A DNA stretch of 64,000 nt. Source: an uncultured Candidatus Sumerlaeota bacterium (GTDB taxonomy: Bacteria; Sumerlaeota; Sumerlaeia; MVZB01; JAJFLK01). The position numbers and the translations under genes were made by a program. Below, in pieces: positions 1-8,737 of this stretch (its first letter is position 1; each line of letters begins with the position of its first letter). Location of the stretch: positions 72,524-136,523 of the forward strand of contig CAYXAU010000001.1 of assembly GCA_964463045.1 (NCBI GenBank), written 5' to 3'. The notes under the pieces were generated by a model. That model was given only the letters and a program-made list of their open reading frames with translations. It was not told where the DNA came from and did not search any database.

Positions 1-526
1 CGGCTACGCCCACGAAAGCGGCCTTCCTTTCAAGTTCGGCCTGATCCGCAATCATTACGTCGGCCGCACGTTCATCGAGCCGGAGGACAACATCCGGCAT
101 TTCGGCGCCAAGATCAAATTCAACGCCGTCCGGTCCGTGCTGAACGATCAGCGCGTCGTCGTCGTCGACGATTCCATCGTCCGGGGGACGACGGCCAAGA
201 AGATCGTCGCCATGGTGCGCAAGGCCGGCGCGCGCGAAGTCCATCTTCGCCTGAGCGCCCCCCCCTGGCGGCATCCCTGCTTCTACGGCATCGACACGCC
301 CACCGAGGCCGAGTTGATTGCCAATCGGATGAGCGTGGAGGAAATCGGACGCTACCTCGGGGTCGATTCCATCGGGTACCTGTCCGTCGAGGGCCTGCTG
401 GCGACGGCGCCCAAACGGATGACTTACTGCACGGCCTGCTTTACGGGCGACTATGCCGCCGGCCGCCCCGCCCACTTCGAAAAAACTCAGCACGAACGAC
501 GGCCCGAAACCCTCGCCGCCCACTAG
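1..526 (+). CDS. purF: Amidophosphoribosyltransferase, C-terminal PRTase domain. The 5' end lies outside the window.
   Basis: Translation gives [12 protein letters not shown]...[21 protein letters not shown], the type-I PRTase PRPP-binding loop and flanking motifs typical of PurF. The reading frame stays open back to base 1. Confidence 0.8.
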   Translation, partial: GYAHESGLPFKFGLIRNHYVGRTFIEPEDNIRHFGAKIKFNAVRSVLNDQRVVVVDDSIVRGTTAKKIVAMVRKAGAREVHLRLSAPPWRHPCFYGIDTPTEAELIANRMSVEEIGRYLGVDSIGYLSVEGLLATAPKRMTYCTACFTGDYAAGRPAHFEKTQHERRPETLAAH

Positions 527-590
527 CCGCCGCGCCTGCCCTCCGATCCGCTCCGGAGCGACGGACGCCCATCCCGCACGCTCCCAGGGG

Positions 591-2951
591 ATGCGACAAA
601 GCCGTTCCGTGAAGCGCGCACTTTCTGAAGTCTCCGGAGCGCCTCCGTGGCGCTGCGCTTTTGGCCTCTTCGGCCTCTTTCTGGCCGCGGGGGCCTGGAG
701 CGTGGCTTGCGGCGGGACGAGCCACAAACGGCTCCCCAATATCGTGCTGGTGACGTTGGATACGACCCGCGCCGACCGGCTCGGCTGTTACGGCTACGCG
801 GGGGCCGAAACGCCCAATCTGGATCGGCTGGCCGCCGAGGGAATCCTCTTCGAGCGCGCCTTCGCTCAAGTCCCCATGACGCTCCCCTCCCACGCCTCCC
901 TCCTCACCGGCCTTTATCCCCCGCGGCACGGCCTTCGCCTGAACGGTTTCTATCGCCTCTCCAACGCGATTCCGACCCTCCCGGAGGAACTCCAGCGCCG
1001 CGGCTACGCCACCGGCGCCTTTGTCAGCGCCCGCGTCCTCTACGCGAAATTCGGCCTCGATCGGGGGTTCGATCATTACGACGATGACCTCGTTGATCAG
1101 GGTTTGGAAGCCAAAGAGCGCCGCGGATCCGAAACCCTCCTCCGAGCGCTCGCCTGGCTCGATCAACTCCCCCCCGGCCCTTTCTTCCTCTGGGTCCACC
1201 TCTTCGATCCGCACATGGACTATGACCCTCCCGAACCCTACAGGACTCGCTTCAGCGATCGCCCCTATGACGGCGAAATCGCCTACGCCGACGCCGTTAT
1301 CGGGGAGCTGAGAGAACATCTGACCGCGGTCGGGCAGTTCGAGACGACGCTCCTCATCGTCACCGCCGATCATGGCGAGGGCCTGGGCGAGCACGGCGAG
1401 CAGACCCATGCGTTGCTCGTTTATGACGCCACGTTGCGCGTGCCGTTGATCCTGCGATGGCCCGACGCCGTCCCCGGTCGGCCTCCGGCCTGGACGCCGG
1501 GCCGCCGGATCGACGCCAACGTCCAGACCGTCGACCTCGTCCCGACAATCGCCGGAGCCCTCGGGCTGAATTGGCCCGGCGCGCTCGACGGCCAAAGTCT
1601 CCTCACCAACGAGGGTCGGAATGAAGCGGTCCTCTATGGGGAGTCCTGGTATCCCCTTTCATTCGGTTGGTTCCCGCTGAGGAGCGCCCGGCATGGCCCC
1701 TGGAAATGGATCGAAGCCCCGGAGCCCGAGCTTTATGACCTCGCCGTCGATCCGGGCGAGACGACCAACCGCCTCAGCGCCAACCCCGAAATCGCCGATC
1801 GGCTCCGTCAGGAACTGAGCCGGATCCCCACCGAGGCGGCGGCGCTCGCCGTCTCCCTCGATCGTGGGGACCTCCAAGGTCTCAGGGCCTTGGGCTACGT
1901 CGGCGGCTCGCGGCCGGAGACCGTGGGGCTCGACTTCGGGAACCTGCCCGATCCGAAGACGCGACTGCCGGTCTTCGATGCCGTCAACGCCGCGCGCGCC
2001 TTCTCCGAGGCGGGCTTCCATGACCGGGCGATTCGACTGCTGGACCCTTGGAAGGAACAGGAAGCCAATAACCCCGTCTATCTTCACGTGCTGGGCAAGG
2101 CCCTCATCGGCGGTCGGCGATTCGAGGAAGGGACGCGGATTCTGAGCCGGTACGCGGCGCTGGCTCCCGACGACCTGGAAGCTCCGATGACGCTGGCCAA
2201 AGCCCGGATCGACCAGGGCCAACCAGCGGAGGCCGTCCCCCTTTTGCGGGGTTTGCTCGATCGCTGGCCGAACGATGGGGCGGTTTTCGGATTGCTCTCG
2301 GTAGCGTTGGGCATGATCGGTCGCTACGAGGAGGCGCTCCAGGCGGGCGAGCGTTCCGTCGAACTCGAGCCGCACCTGGCCGATCACCACAAGAATCGGG
2401 GCCTTACGCTCTATCATCTGGGTCGTCTGGGGGAGGCCGAAGCCGCCCTGCGACGGGCTCTCGACTTGAACCCGCAATCGACCGATTACCTCTTTCACCT
2501 GGGGCTGATCCTCAACGCCCAGGAACGCTTCGAGGCTTCAGCCCCGGTTTTCAGGAGCGTCCTGGCCGCCGACCCCGGGCATGTCCCGGCCAGGGAGCGG
2601 CTGATAGTGGCGCTCTATCATCTTGGCCGGCTCGATCAGGTTCGAGCGCTGGGTCAGGAGCTGCCCGAGCCGGCTGAGTCCGCCCCCCTGGGGCGACTTT
2701 ACCTCGGGCGGGTTCAGTACGAGGCTGGAGAGCTTGAGGCCGCCCTGGACAGTCTTGAGGCCGCCGTTCGAGGGCTGCCGACGTTTCCGACGGGTTACCT
2801 CCTCATGGGCCGCGCGTTATTGGAAGGCCCGGAGGCGGGCGAGCGTGCGGCCTGGCTGCTCGATCGCGCCGCCGAAAACGGCGTCGAGCTTCCTCCTGAA
2901 TTGGCCGCTGAGTTGAAGGAACGCCGACGGCAGTCGGCGGGCCCGCCTTGA
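591..2951 (+). CDS. Exported sulfatase-like hydrolase (alkaline-phosphatase superfamily) fused to a C-terminal TPR-repeat domain.
   Basis: ATG at 591 precedes a hydrophobic signal segment. N-terminal motifs are NIVLVTLDTTRADRLGCYGY, TPNLDRLA and VTADHGEGLGEHGE, as in the sulfatase family. The C-terminal ~330 aa hold repeated TPR-like helices (LGRLGEAEAALRRALDLNPQ and similar). The track ORF starts at 453 and overlaps purF, so I chose the internal ATG. Confidence 0.8.
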   Translation: MRQSRSVKRALSEVSGAPPWRCAFGLFGLFLAAGAWSVACGGTSHKRLPNIVLVTLDTTRADRLGCYGYAGAETPNLDRLAAEGILFERAFAQVPMTLPSHASLLTGLYPPRHGLRLNGFYRLSNAIPTLPEELQRRGYATGAFVSARVLYAKFGLDRGFDHYDDDLVDQGLEAKERRGSETLLRALAWLDQLPPGPFFLWVHLFDPHMDYDPPEPYRTRFSDRPYDGEIAYADAVIGELREHLTAVGQFETTLLIVTADHGEGLGEHGEQTHALLVYDATLRVPLILRWPDAVPGRPPAWTPGRRIDANVQTVDLVPTIAGALGLNWPGALDGQSLLTNEGRNEAVLYGESWYPLSFGWFPLRSARHGPWKWIEAPEPELYDLAVDPGETTNRLSANPEIADRLRQELSRIPTEAAALAVSLDRGDLQGLRALGYVGGSRPETVGLDFGNLPDPKTRLPVFDAVNAARAFSEAGFHDRAIRLLDPWKEQEANNPVYLHVLGKALIGGRRFEEGTRILSRYAALAPDDLEAPMTLAKARIDQGQPAEAVPLLRGLLDRWPNDGAVFGLLSVALGMIGRYEEALQAGERSVELEPHLADHHKNRGLTLYHLGRLGEAEAALRRALDLNPQSTDYLFHLGLILNAQERFEASAPVFRSVLAADPGHVPARERLIVALYHLGRLDQVRALGQELPEPAESAPLGRLYLGRVQYEAGELEAALDSLEAAVRGLPTFPTGYLLMGRALLEGPEAGERAAWLLDRAAENGVELPPELAAELKERRRQSAGPP

Positions 2952-3006
2952 CCGCCCGCGCGGGCTGGGAACCCCCGTCGTTGAAAGAAGCATGGGGCGG
3001 GAGGGA

Positions 3007-4197
3007 TTACTTCTCGCTCAAACGTTTCACCATGGCCTTGATCCCGCGCAACGTGAGGTCCTCCATGTGGAAGATCTCGCGGATTTTGGTGAGCGTCCAG
3101 GTTCCGTAAGCGTCCTCCCACTCCTCGCGCGATATGGGATTGAGCCAGACGGATTGGCGGAATCGGTCGGCGAGCCGCTTGAGCCAGTAAGTCGACGGCA
3201 GCTCGTCGGAGACGCCGAAAGAGATTGCCCCGCCCGGCGTTTCGAGTTCCTCGGGGGCCATGCTCGCGTCGCCGACGATGACCAGACGCGTGTCCTCGGG
3301 CCGCTCCAGAATCTTTTCCGTCTTGAGCGGCACGGTCCGCTGCTGATCGGTCCATACGTTGCCGTAGATGGTGTTGTGGAAGAAGCACGTCGTCAGGTCC
3401 TTGAAGCGATACTTCATCCGTGAGAACAGAAGTCGGGTAATGTCAATGTAGGGATACATCGAGAATCCGCCGTTGTCGATCATCAGGACGAGACTGATTC
3501 TGTCACGCAGTTCTCGATTGAGGGCCAGTTCGATGTCCCCTCCGTTCTTGCACGTTAACCGGACGGTCTCGGCCAGGTCCAGTTCATCGCGCGCCCCCTC
3601 CCGCTTGAGCCGTTTCATCTCCTCCAGCGCCTGGCGCAGATTCTCGGCTTTGAGCGTGTTGGTCTCCGAGTAACTGATGTAGCGGCGGTCGCCGATCACC
3701 TTGAGCGCCGAGCGGTTGCCTCCCTCCCCGTGGACCCGGACGCCTCGCTGAGCGAAACCGGAATGCCCGAAGGGGGAGGTCCCTCCCGTTCCGATCCAAC
3801 GGTTGCCCCCGTCGTGAGCCTCCATTTGGCGGCGGACGGTTTCCCAGAACTTGCGCATCAATTCCTGGGGGTCCATCGTCCAGAGGGCCGTCCGGGGGAC
3901 TTCACCGGCGCGGATCGCCTCGGCGAGCCATTCCCGGAACTGCTTGGTCCGGAACAGCTCCATGTCCCCTTCGGCCACCCGGGGGACGTCGACCCCATAG
4001 AAGTAAAGGGCGAAGGCGCGCTCGAAGGCGTCCAGATGCTCGACCTTGCGGACGAACGTCAGCCGGGCCAGGACGAAAAAGTCCTCCAGCGTCCGCACGA
4101 GCCCCTTGCCGAGCCCCCGATAAAGGTCCAGCGCGTCGCGCGGGCTGACGGGAACTCCGTAATCGCGCAGGAGATAAAGAAAGTCGGTAAAGAACAT
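3007..4197 (-). CDS. VWA-domain protein, CoxE-like. Partner of the MoxR ATPase.
   Basis: 396 aa with a C-terminal von Willebrand A-like segment (LVLMIDNGGFSM ... LVIVGDASMAP). It sits 10 bp downstream of the MoxR gene on the same strand, matching the CoxD/CoxE-type pair. Confidence 0.75.
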   Translation of the reverse strand: MFFTDFLYLLRDYGVPVSPRDALDLYRGLGKGLVRTLEDFFVLARLTFVRKVEHLDAFERAFALYFYGVDVPRVAEGDMELFRTKQFREWLAEAIRAGEVPRTALWTMDPQELMRKFWETVRRQMEAHDGGNRWIGTGGTSPFGHSGFAQRGVRVHGEGGNRSALKVIGDRRYISYSETNTLKAENLRQALEEMKRLKREGARDELDLAETVRLTCKNGGDIELALNRELRDRISLVLMIDNGGFSMYPYIDITRLLFSRMKYRFKDLTTCFFHNTIYGNVWTDQQRTVPLKTEKILERPEDTRLVIVGDASMAPEELETPGGAISFGVSDELPSTYWLKRLADRFRQSVWLNPISREEWEDAYGTWTLTKIREIFHMEDLTLRGIKAMVKRLSEK

Positions 4198-4207
4198 CGG
4201 CCCGGCC

Positions 4208-5074
4208 TCACATGAAGTGACGGCGTCGGCCCCCCTTGCGATGGGCTTGGATGTCGGATGAGCGCTTGAGCAGCGTGCCGATGAGCGGCGGATTATCCTT
4301 GTCCGGAATCTCGTTCGTGAGTTCGAGCGCCCCGATCCAGTTGAGCAGTTCGCTCGTGGCCGGCGGCTTCTCGAAGCCTCGGTTGCGCAATTCGTAAAAG
4401 ATCGTCAGGGCGGCTTCGATCAACTCCGGCGGGATGGCCGGATAGTGCAGCTTGACGATCTCGCGCATCTGCTCCGGGCGCGGAAAGGCGATGTGGTGGC
4501 AATAACAGCGGCGCAGGAAGGGATCGGAAAGCTCGCGTTTGGCGTTGCTCGTGATGAAAATCGCCGGCCTCACGCGCGCCCGGACGATCTCGTTGACCTC
4601 CCGGATGACGAAGGAACAATCCTCCAGAATGTCGAGCAGGTTGTCTTGCACGTCGGATTCGGTCTTGTCGATTTCGTCCAGGAGAAGGACGACTTTTGCG
4701 TCGGCCCGGAAGGCGCGCCCGATCGGGCCCCAGACGACGTAATCGTAGAAGTTCTGCACCTGCCGGCCGGTCTGGCCCGATCCGAACCGCGCGTCGTTGA
4801 GCCGGAGCACCGTGTCCTGCGTGTAGCAGGCCTCCTCGCCTTTGATCGTTGATTTGGCCCGCATGATTTCGATCGGCAGGTCGAGCGCGCGCGCCACCTC
4901 CAGGGCCAACTGGGTCTTCCCCGTGCCGGCTTCCCCCGTCAGCAGAAGCGGCTTCTCCATCGCCAGGGCGATGTTGACGATCGACTTGAGTTCCGGATCG
5001 AGATAGTAACGGTCCGTTCCCTGGAACGTGAGACGGTGATCGTTGGTGTCTTCCATGCTTATCCCTTCGGTCAA
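4208..5074 (-). CDS. MoxR-family AAA+ ATPase (CoxD-like).
   Basis: Walker A is LLLTGEAGTGKT and Walker B is VVLLLDEIDK. Sensor regions and length (288 aa) match MoxR/CoxD-like ATPases. Confidence 0.85.
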   Translation of the reverse strand: MTEGISMEDTNDHRLTFQGTDRYYLDPELKSIVNIALAMEKPLLLTGEAGTGKTQLALEVARALDLPIEIMRAKSTIKGEEACYTQDTVLRLNDARFGSGQTGRQVQNFYDYVVWGPIGRAFRADAKVVLLLDEIDKTESDVQDNLLDILEDCSFVIREVNEIVRARVRPAIFITSNAKRELSDPFLRRCYCHHIAFPRPEQMREIVKLHYPAIPPELIEAALTIFYELRNRGFEKPPATSELLNWIGALELTNEIPDKDNPPLIGTLLKRSSDIQAHRKGGRRRHFM

Positions 5075-5216
5075 AGTGGCGCCCCAGTATAGGCGTCTTG
5101 CGTTTGAGGATCGAGCCCCTTGTCCGGCCCGGCAGCCGGGGCGCGCCGGCTCGCGGCTCGCCGCCGCCTCGGCCTGTCCCCGGCGGCGATCTTTTAGGAT
5201 GGCTCAGGGGAGAAGG

Positions 5217-5588
5217 TCAGCGCTGAACGTCCTCGGCGGGAAACCCCGACACGATAGTCTCGTAGGCGACGTAAATCCCCAGGATGTTGGTCAGACGGCA
5301 GTCGATGTGCGTCACGCGCGCGATCTGACCGGAAGCCGCGGCGGCCCGGACGCTACAGTCGCCAAAACTGAACAAGCCAAGGATCGAAACGGCCCCGGAT
5401 CGCCCGACGCGAGGACCGATGGTTTCTCCCCGAAACGTCGTGTCCACGGGCGCCGTCGTCTGGTTGAACCCCGACCCGAAATAGGGGATGACGGGGGTGT
5501 TGAACGTGACGCAAGCCTCGAGGAGAAAGGCCACGGCCACCAGCGAGGCCGCCCGGCCCAACCGAGCCGGGCCGCCTCGGCGGCCGAC
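5217..5588 (-). CDS. Small TRL-like lipoprotein, paralog 1 of 3. The start codon is uncertain.
   Basis: It has a hydrophobic leader ending in LLEAC (lipobox-like). The conserved core SILGLFSFGDCSV..AAASG.I..VTHID....NILGIYVAYETIVSG is shared with the two upstream paralogs. I placed the start at GTG 5588 to avoid overlap with the neighbouring gene; ATG alternatives are at 5627 and 5654. Confidence 0.5.
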   Translation of the reverse strand, partial: VGRRGGPARLGRAASLVAVAFLLEACVTFNTPVIPYFGSGFNQTTAPVDTTFRGETIGPRVGRSGAVSILGLFSFGDCSVRAAAASGQIARVTHIDCRLTNILGIYVAYETIVSGFPAEDVQR

Positions 5589-5592
5589 GGCC

Positions 5593-5943
5593 TCAATTGC
5601 CGTAGATGTTGACGGTGAAGCGGCCATAAATGCCCAACACGTTGACGATTTCATAGTCCGCGTAAGAGACCTCGTTGATGCCGGCCTCGCGCGCCGCCCG
5701 CGCTATGGCCGCCTCGTCCCATCCGAAGTCCAGGGTCGTCAGCAGGAAATCCCGGAAGTAATGCGTCTCCGTCTGCGTGTACCGCTTGACGCCCGGCCCC
5801 GTCGGATTGCCGGCGAAATTGACCGAGAGCGGAGCCTTGACCGAGATGAAGAGCAGCCCCAACGGCGGCCGCACGGGGGCCCGATAAGTCGAAAAAGCGG
5901 CGCAGCCGGCCACGTTCAGCGCCAAGAAGACCATCCCCAGCAT
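5593..5943 (-). CDS. Small TRL-like lipoprotein, paralog 2 of 3.
   Basis: ATG at 5943 gives MLGMVFLALNVAGC, a lipobox. The protein is 116 aa, with the core APVRPPLGLLFISVKAPL ... NVLGIYGRFTVNIYGN homologous to its neighbours. Confidence 0.6.
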   Translation of the reverse strand: MLGMVFLALNVAGCAAFSTYRAPVRPPLGLLFISVKAPLSVNFAGNPTGPGVKRYTQTETHYFRDFLLTTLDFGWDEAAIARAAREAGINEVSYADYEIVNVLGIYGRFTVNIYGN

Positions 5944-5974
5944 CCTGAACCGGCGTCCTCGCGGCAGGGATCGG

Positions 5975-6310
5975 TTACTCGCCATAGGCCGTCGTCGTGA
6001 ACCGCTGAAAGATGAACAACACATTCAAGTAGTCGTAGTCCAGGTGATGAATCGTCGTCAGATTGCCGTCTCGGGCCGCTGAAGCCACGCTGGCGTCCCC
6101 GAAGGCGAACAGGCCCAGCACGCTGAACGCCGACGATTGCCCCGCCTTCATCCCGAACGTCGTCGGATCGGCGTCAATGTCGATCGGCGCCTGGACCGAG
6201 GAGAAAAACAGCCCCGACGGCGGCATGACCGGAGCGTAATAACCCACCAGGCCGCAGCCCGTCGTGAGGAACAGACTGCATCCGGCGATGAGAACCGTGA
6301 GGCGCTTCAT
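5975..6310 (-). CDS. Small TRL-like lipoprotein, paralog 3 of 3.
   Basis: ATG at 6310 gives MKRLTVLIAGCSLFLTTGC (lipobox). The core is APVMPPSGLFFSSVQAPID ... SVLGLFAFGDASVASAARDGNLTTIHHLD..LNVLFIFQRFTTTAYGE. I attribute the pattern ILGL..GDAS..AA..GGI..I...D....N.LGIY....T.V.GE to the TRL-like lipoprotein family. Confidence 0.6.
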   Translation of the reverse strand: MKRLTVLIAGCSLFLTTGCGLVGYYAPVMPPSGLFFSSVQAPIDIDADPTTFGMKAGQSSAFSVLGLFAFGDASVASAARDGNLTTIHHLDYDYLNVLFIFQRFTTTAYGE

Positions 6311-6439
6311 GTCACGTTGGCTCCTGTTGAAGTCACCAGGGGAAACCGACTCCGCGTCTTCCCGCCCCCATCTCCCCCGGCTCGGGTCGGGGCCCCTTCG
6401 GCTGAGACGCGGGGAGAAAACCACGACCCCGCCGGACTG

Positions 6440-7645
6440 TCAAGGAGGTTGACGCCGACCCGATGCCTCGGAGCGCATTCCGCGGCTCGTCGATGCCAGG
6501 AGTTCCATGAGCCGTCGCGCGACGGCGGGCCAGCCGAAGGCGCTCTCGGCCGCGGCGCGAGAGGCCCGTCCGAGGCGCGCCCGACGCTCCGGATCTTCCC
6601 CAAGAGCGATCAATCCCTCGGCCAGGGCTTCCGGGCGCGTCGTGTCGCAGAGCAGCGCGCCGGCTCCCGCCTCCACCAGCTCCCGATGAGGTCCGATGTC
6701 GGAGAGGACCAGCGGCAGGCCGCAGGCCATGGCTTCCAGGACGGCGTTGGGCAGACCTTCCCCCGCCGACGGGTTAACGAAGACGTCGGCCTCCTGGAGA
6801 GCCTCGACGAGGGAGGGCTCCTCAAGCCGGCCGCGCAGAAGCACGGTCGCCTCCAAGCCCCCCTGTCGGACGATCTGCTCAAGCCGCCGGCGTTCGGGCC
6901 CGAAACCGACGAGGTGCAGCTCCCAGGAGGCGCGTCGCCCCCCCTGGAGACGTCTCCAGGCTTCCAGGAGTTCCCGAAGTCGCTTGGAACGAATCAGCCG
7001 GCCGACGTAGAGGAATCGCGGACCGCCGTTCGCGCGGGCCTCCCGTTCCACGTTCGGACGATACCGTTCCAGATCGACGCCATTGGCGACGACCGAAGGG
7101 CGAAGATTCCCATCCGCCTGACGGGCCAGCTCCGCCAGCCACCGGCTGTTGGCGATGATGGCGGCCGAACGTCGCCAGAGTCGGCGTGTCAGGGGCCAGG
7201 CCAGAACGTGCATCCAGGGGGGGGTCTCCGGATAGCCGGGTACGTCCTGGCCCCGAAGGAAGGTCACGAAGGGGCGCCCCCCGAGCCGCGCGATCCGAGC
7301 CGCCACGACGCCGCAGGGGATGGTGAAGTAGGCGACCGTCAGGTCCGGGCTCAGGCGCAGGCTGAGCCCGCGGGCGGCCCACCAGCCCGAGAGCGCGAAA
7401 CTCAGCACTTCGAGCGCCGTCGCATAATTGAGGTGACGCCGAAGGACCGGCAGCCGGAGGACCCGCGCGCCGTCGTCTCGGCTTTCGGCCGGCTGACCCC
7501 TGAAGCGAGAGGTCAGGATCGTTACTTCAACACCCATCCGGGCCAGCTCTCGCGCCGTCGCCTGGACAGCTTTGCCCGTTCCGCCCCCGACCGGCGGATA
7601 TTCGTACGTGATGAGCAAAAAGTGCTGCGTGGACGGCGCGGTCAT
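6440..7645 (-). CDS. Glycosyltransferase family 4 (GT-B, retaining).
   Basis: The N-terminus reads HFLLITYEYPPVGGGTG. The C-terminal nucleotide-sugar binding signature EGLPNAVLEAMACGLPLV is typical of GT4. Start set at the internal ATG MTAPSTQ (7645). Confidence 0.8.
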   Translation of the reverse strand: MTAPSTQHFLLITYEYPPVGGGTGKAVQATARELARMGVEVTILTSRFRGQPAESRDDGARVLRLPVLRRHLNYATALEVLSFALSGWWAARGLSLRLSPDLTVAYFTIPCGVVAARIARLGGRPFVTFLRGQDVPGYPETPPWMHVLAWPLTRRLWRRSAAIIANSRWLAELARQADGNLRPSVVANGVDLERYRPNVEREARANGGPRFLYVGRLIRSKRLRELLEAWRRLQGGRRASWELHLVGFGPERRRLEQIVRQGGLEATVLLRGRLEEPSLVEALQEADVFVNPSAGEGLPNAVLEAMACGLPLVLSDIGPHRELVEAGAGALLCDTTRPEALAEGLIALGEDPERRARLGRASRAAAESAFGWPAVARRLMELLASTSRGMRSEASGRRQPP

Positions 7646-7706
7646 GGGGGGGAGAACCGGCGGGGGGCGGAAGGGGAGATCGAACGCGGGCGGCAACGAC
7701 GAGGGC

Positions 7707-8672
7707 TCAGGCGTCCGGTTCGGGGTTGGCCCGGTCCTCGTCAAATCCGATAGTCTCGTCGATGACGTAGGGCGGCCGACCCTTGAGTTCCTCGTAAATC
7801 CGGCCCAGATACTCCCCCATGATCCCCAGCATGATCAGTTGCGCCCCGCCGAGGACGAGGACGGAGACGACGACCGTCGACCAGCCGGCGATGGCCTGAA
7901 ATTGGCCCGTGACGCGCTGGGCGACGATCCAGGCCGCGTAGATCAGCCCGAGCGTCGATATCCCGAGGCCCAGCAGCGTGCTCAACCGCAACGGGACGAA
8001 CGAGAAGGAAAAGAACGCGTCCAGGGCCAGGCGCGCCAGGCCCTTGAATGTGTACTTGGGCGCGCCGGCGTTGCGCGCCTCGCGCTCGTACTCGAAGCCG
8101 ACCTGCCGGAAGCCGACCCAGGAGCGCAATCCCCGGACGAATCGGCTCCGCTCGGGCATGGCGTTGAGCTGATCGACCGCGCGGCGGCTCATGATGCAGA
8201 AATCCCCCGCGTCGGTCGGAATGTCGATGTAAGACATGCTCTGGAGCGCGCGATAGAAGAGATAGTAGAGGGCCCGGATGAACCAGTTCTCCTTGCGTTT
8301 GCGACGAACGGCGTAGACGACCTCGGCCTTCGTCTCCCGCATCCGGCTGAGCATCTCGGGCAGGGCCTCGGGCGGGTCTTGAAGGTCCCCGTCCATGAGG
8401 GCGACGGCGCGACCCCGCGCGTGCCGCATCCCCGCCGTGAGGGCCGTCTGATGACCAAAGTTGCGCGAGAAACTGATGATGCGGACTCGCGGGTCCCCGC
8501 GGCGCAGCTTGCGCATCAATTCGAGCGAGCGGTCCTGGCTGGCGTCGTTGACGAAGATGATTTCGCTCGTCCCGCCGATCTTCTCCAGCGCTCCGGCCAG
8601 GCGCCGATGCAGCTCTTCCAGATTTTCCTCTTCGCAGTAGATCGGAATGACGACCGAGAAATCGACGCTCAA
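7707..8672 (-). CDS. GT2 polyprenyl-phosphate glycosyltransferase (DPM1/ArnC/GtrB-like).
   Basis: It begins VVIPIYCEEENL. A DGDLQDPPE (DxD-type) motif and two C-terminal TM helices are present. Length is 321 aa, the architecture of polyisoprenyl-phosphate sugar transferases. Confidence 0.85.
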   Translation of the reverse strand: MSVDFSVVIPIYCEEENLEELHRRLAGALEKIGGTSEIIFVNDASQDRSLELMRKLRRGDPRVRIISFSRNFGHQTALTAGMRHARGRAVALMDGDLQDPPEALPEMLSRMRETKAEVVYAVRRKRKENWFIRALYYLFYRALQSMSYIDIPTDAGDFCIMSRRAVDQLNAMPERSRFVRGLRSWVGFRQVGFEYEREARNAGAPKYTFKGLARLALDAFFSFSFVPLRLSTLLGLGISTLGLIYAAWIVAQRVTGQFQAIAGWSTVVVSVLVLGGAQLIMLGIMGEYLGRIYEELKGRPPYVIDETIGFDEDRANPEPDA

Positions 8673-8737
8673 GCTGTCGGTCCCTTCGCCCCGGCGGTCG
8701 CGACGGCCCCGTCACGCTCCGGCCCGTCGGCCGCCTC

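Noticed and set aside
441-1595. 384-aa minus-strand ORF overlapping purF and the sulfatase-like gene.
   Set aside because: It is antisense to two well-supported genes. The Arg/Gly/Pro-rich low-complexity translation is typical of wrong-frame ORFs in high-GC DNA.
6137-7753. 538-aa plus-strand ORF across the TRL3/GT4 region.
   Set aside because: It is antisense to the GT4 gene. The translation is Arg/Pro-rich with no motifs.
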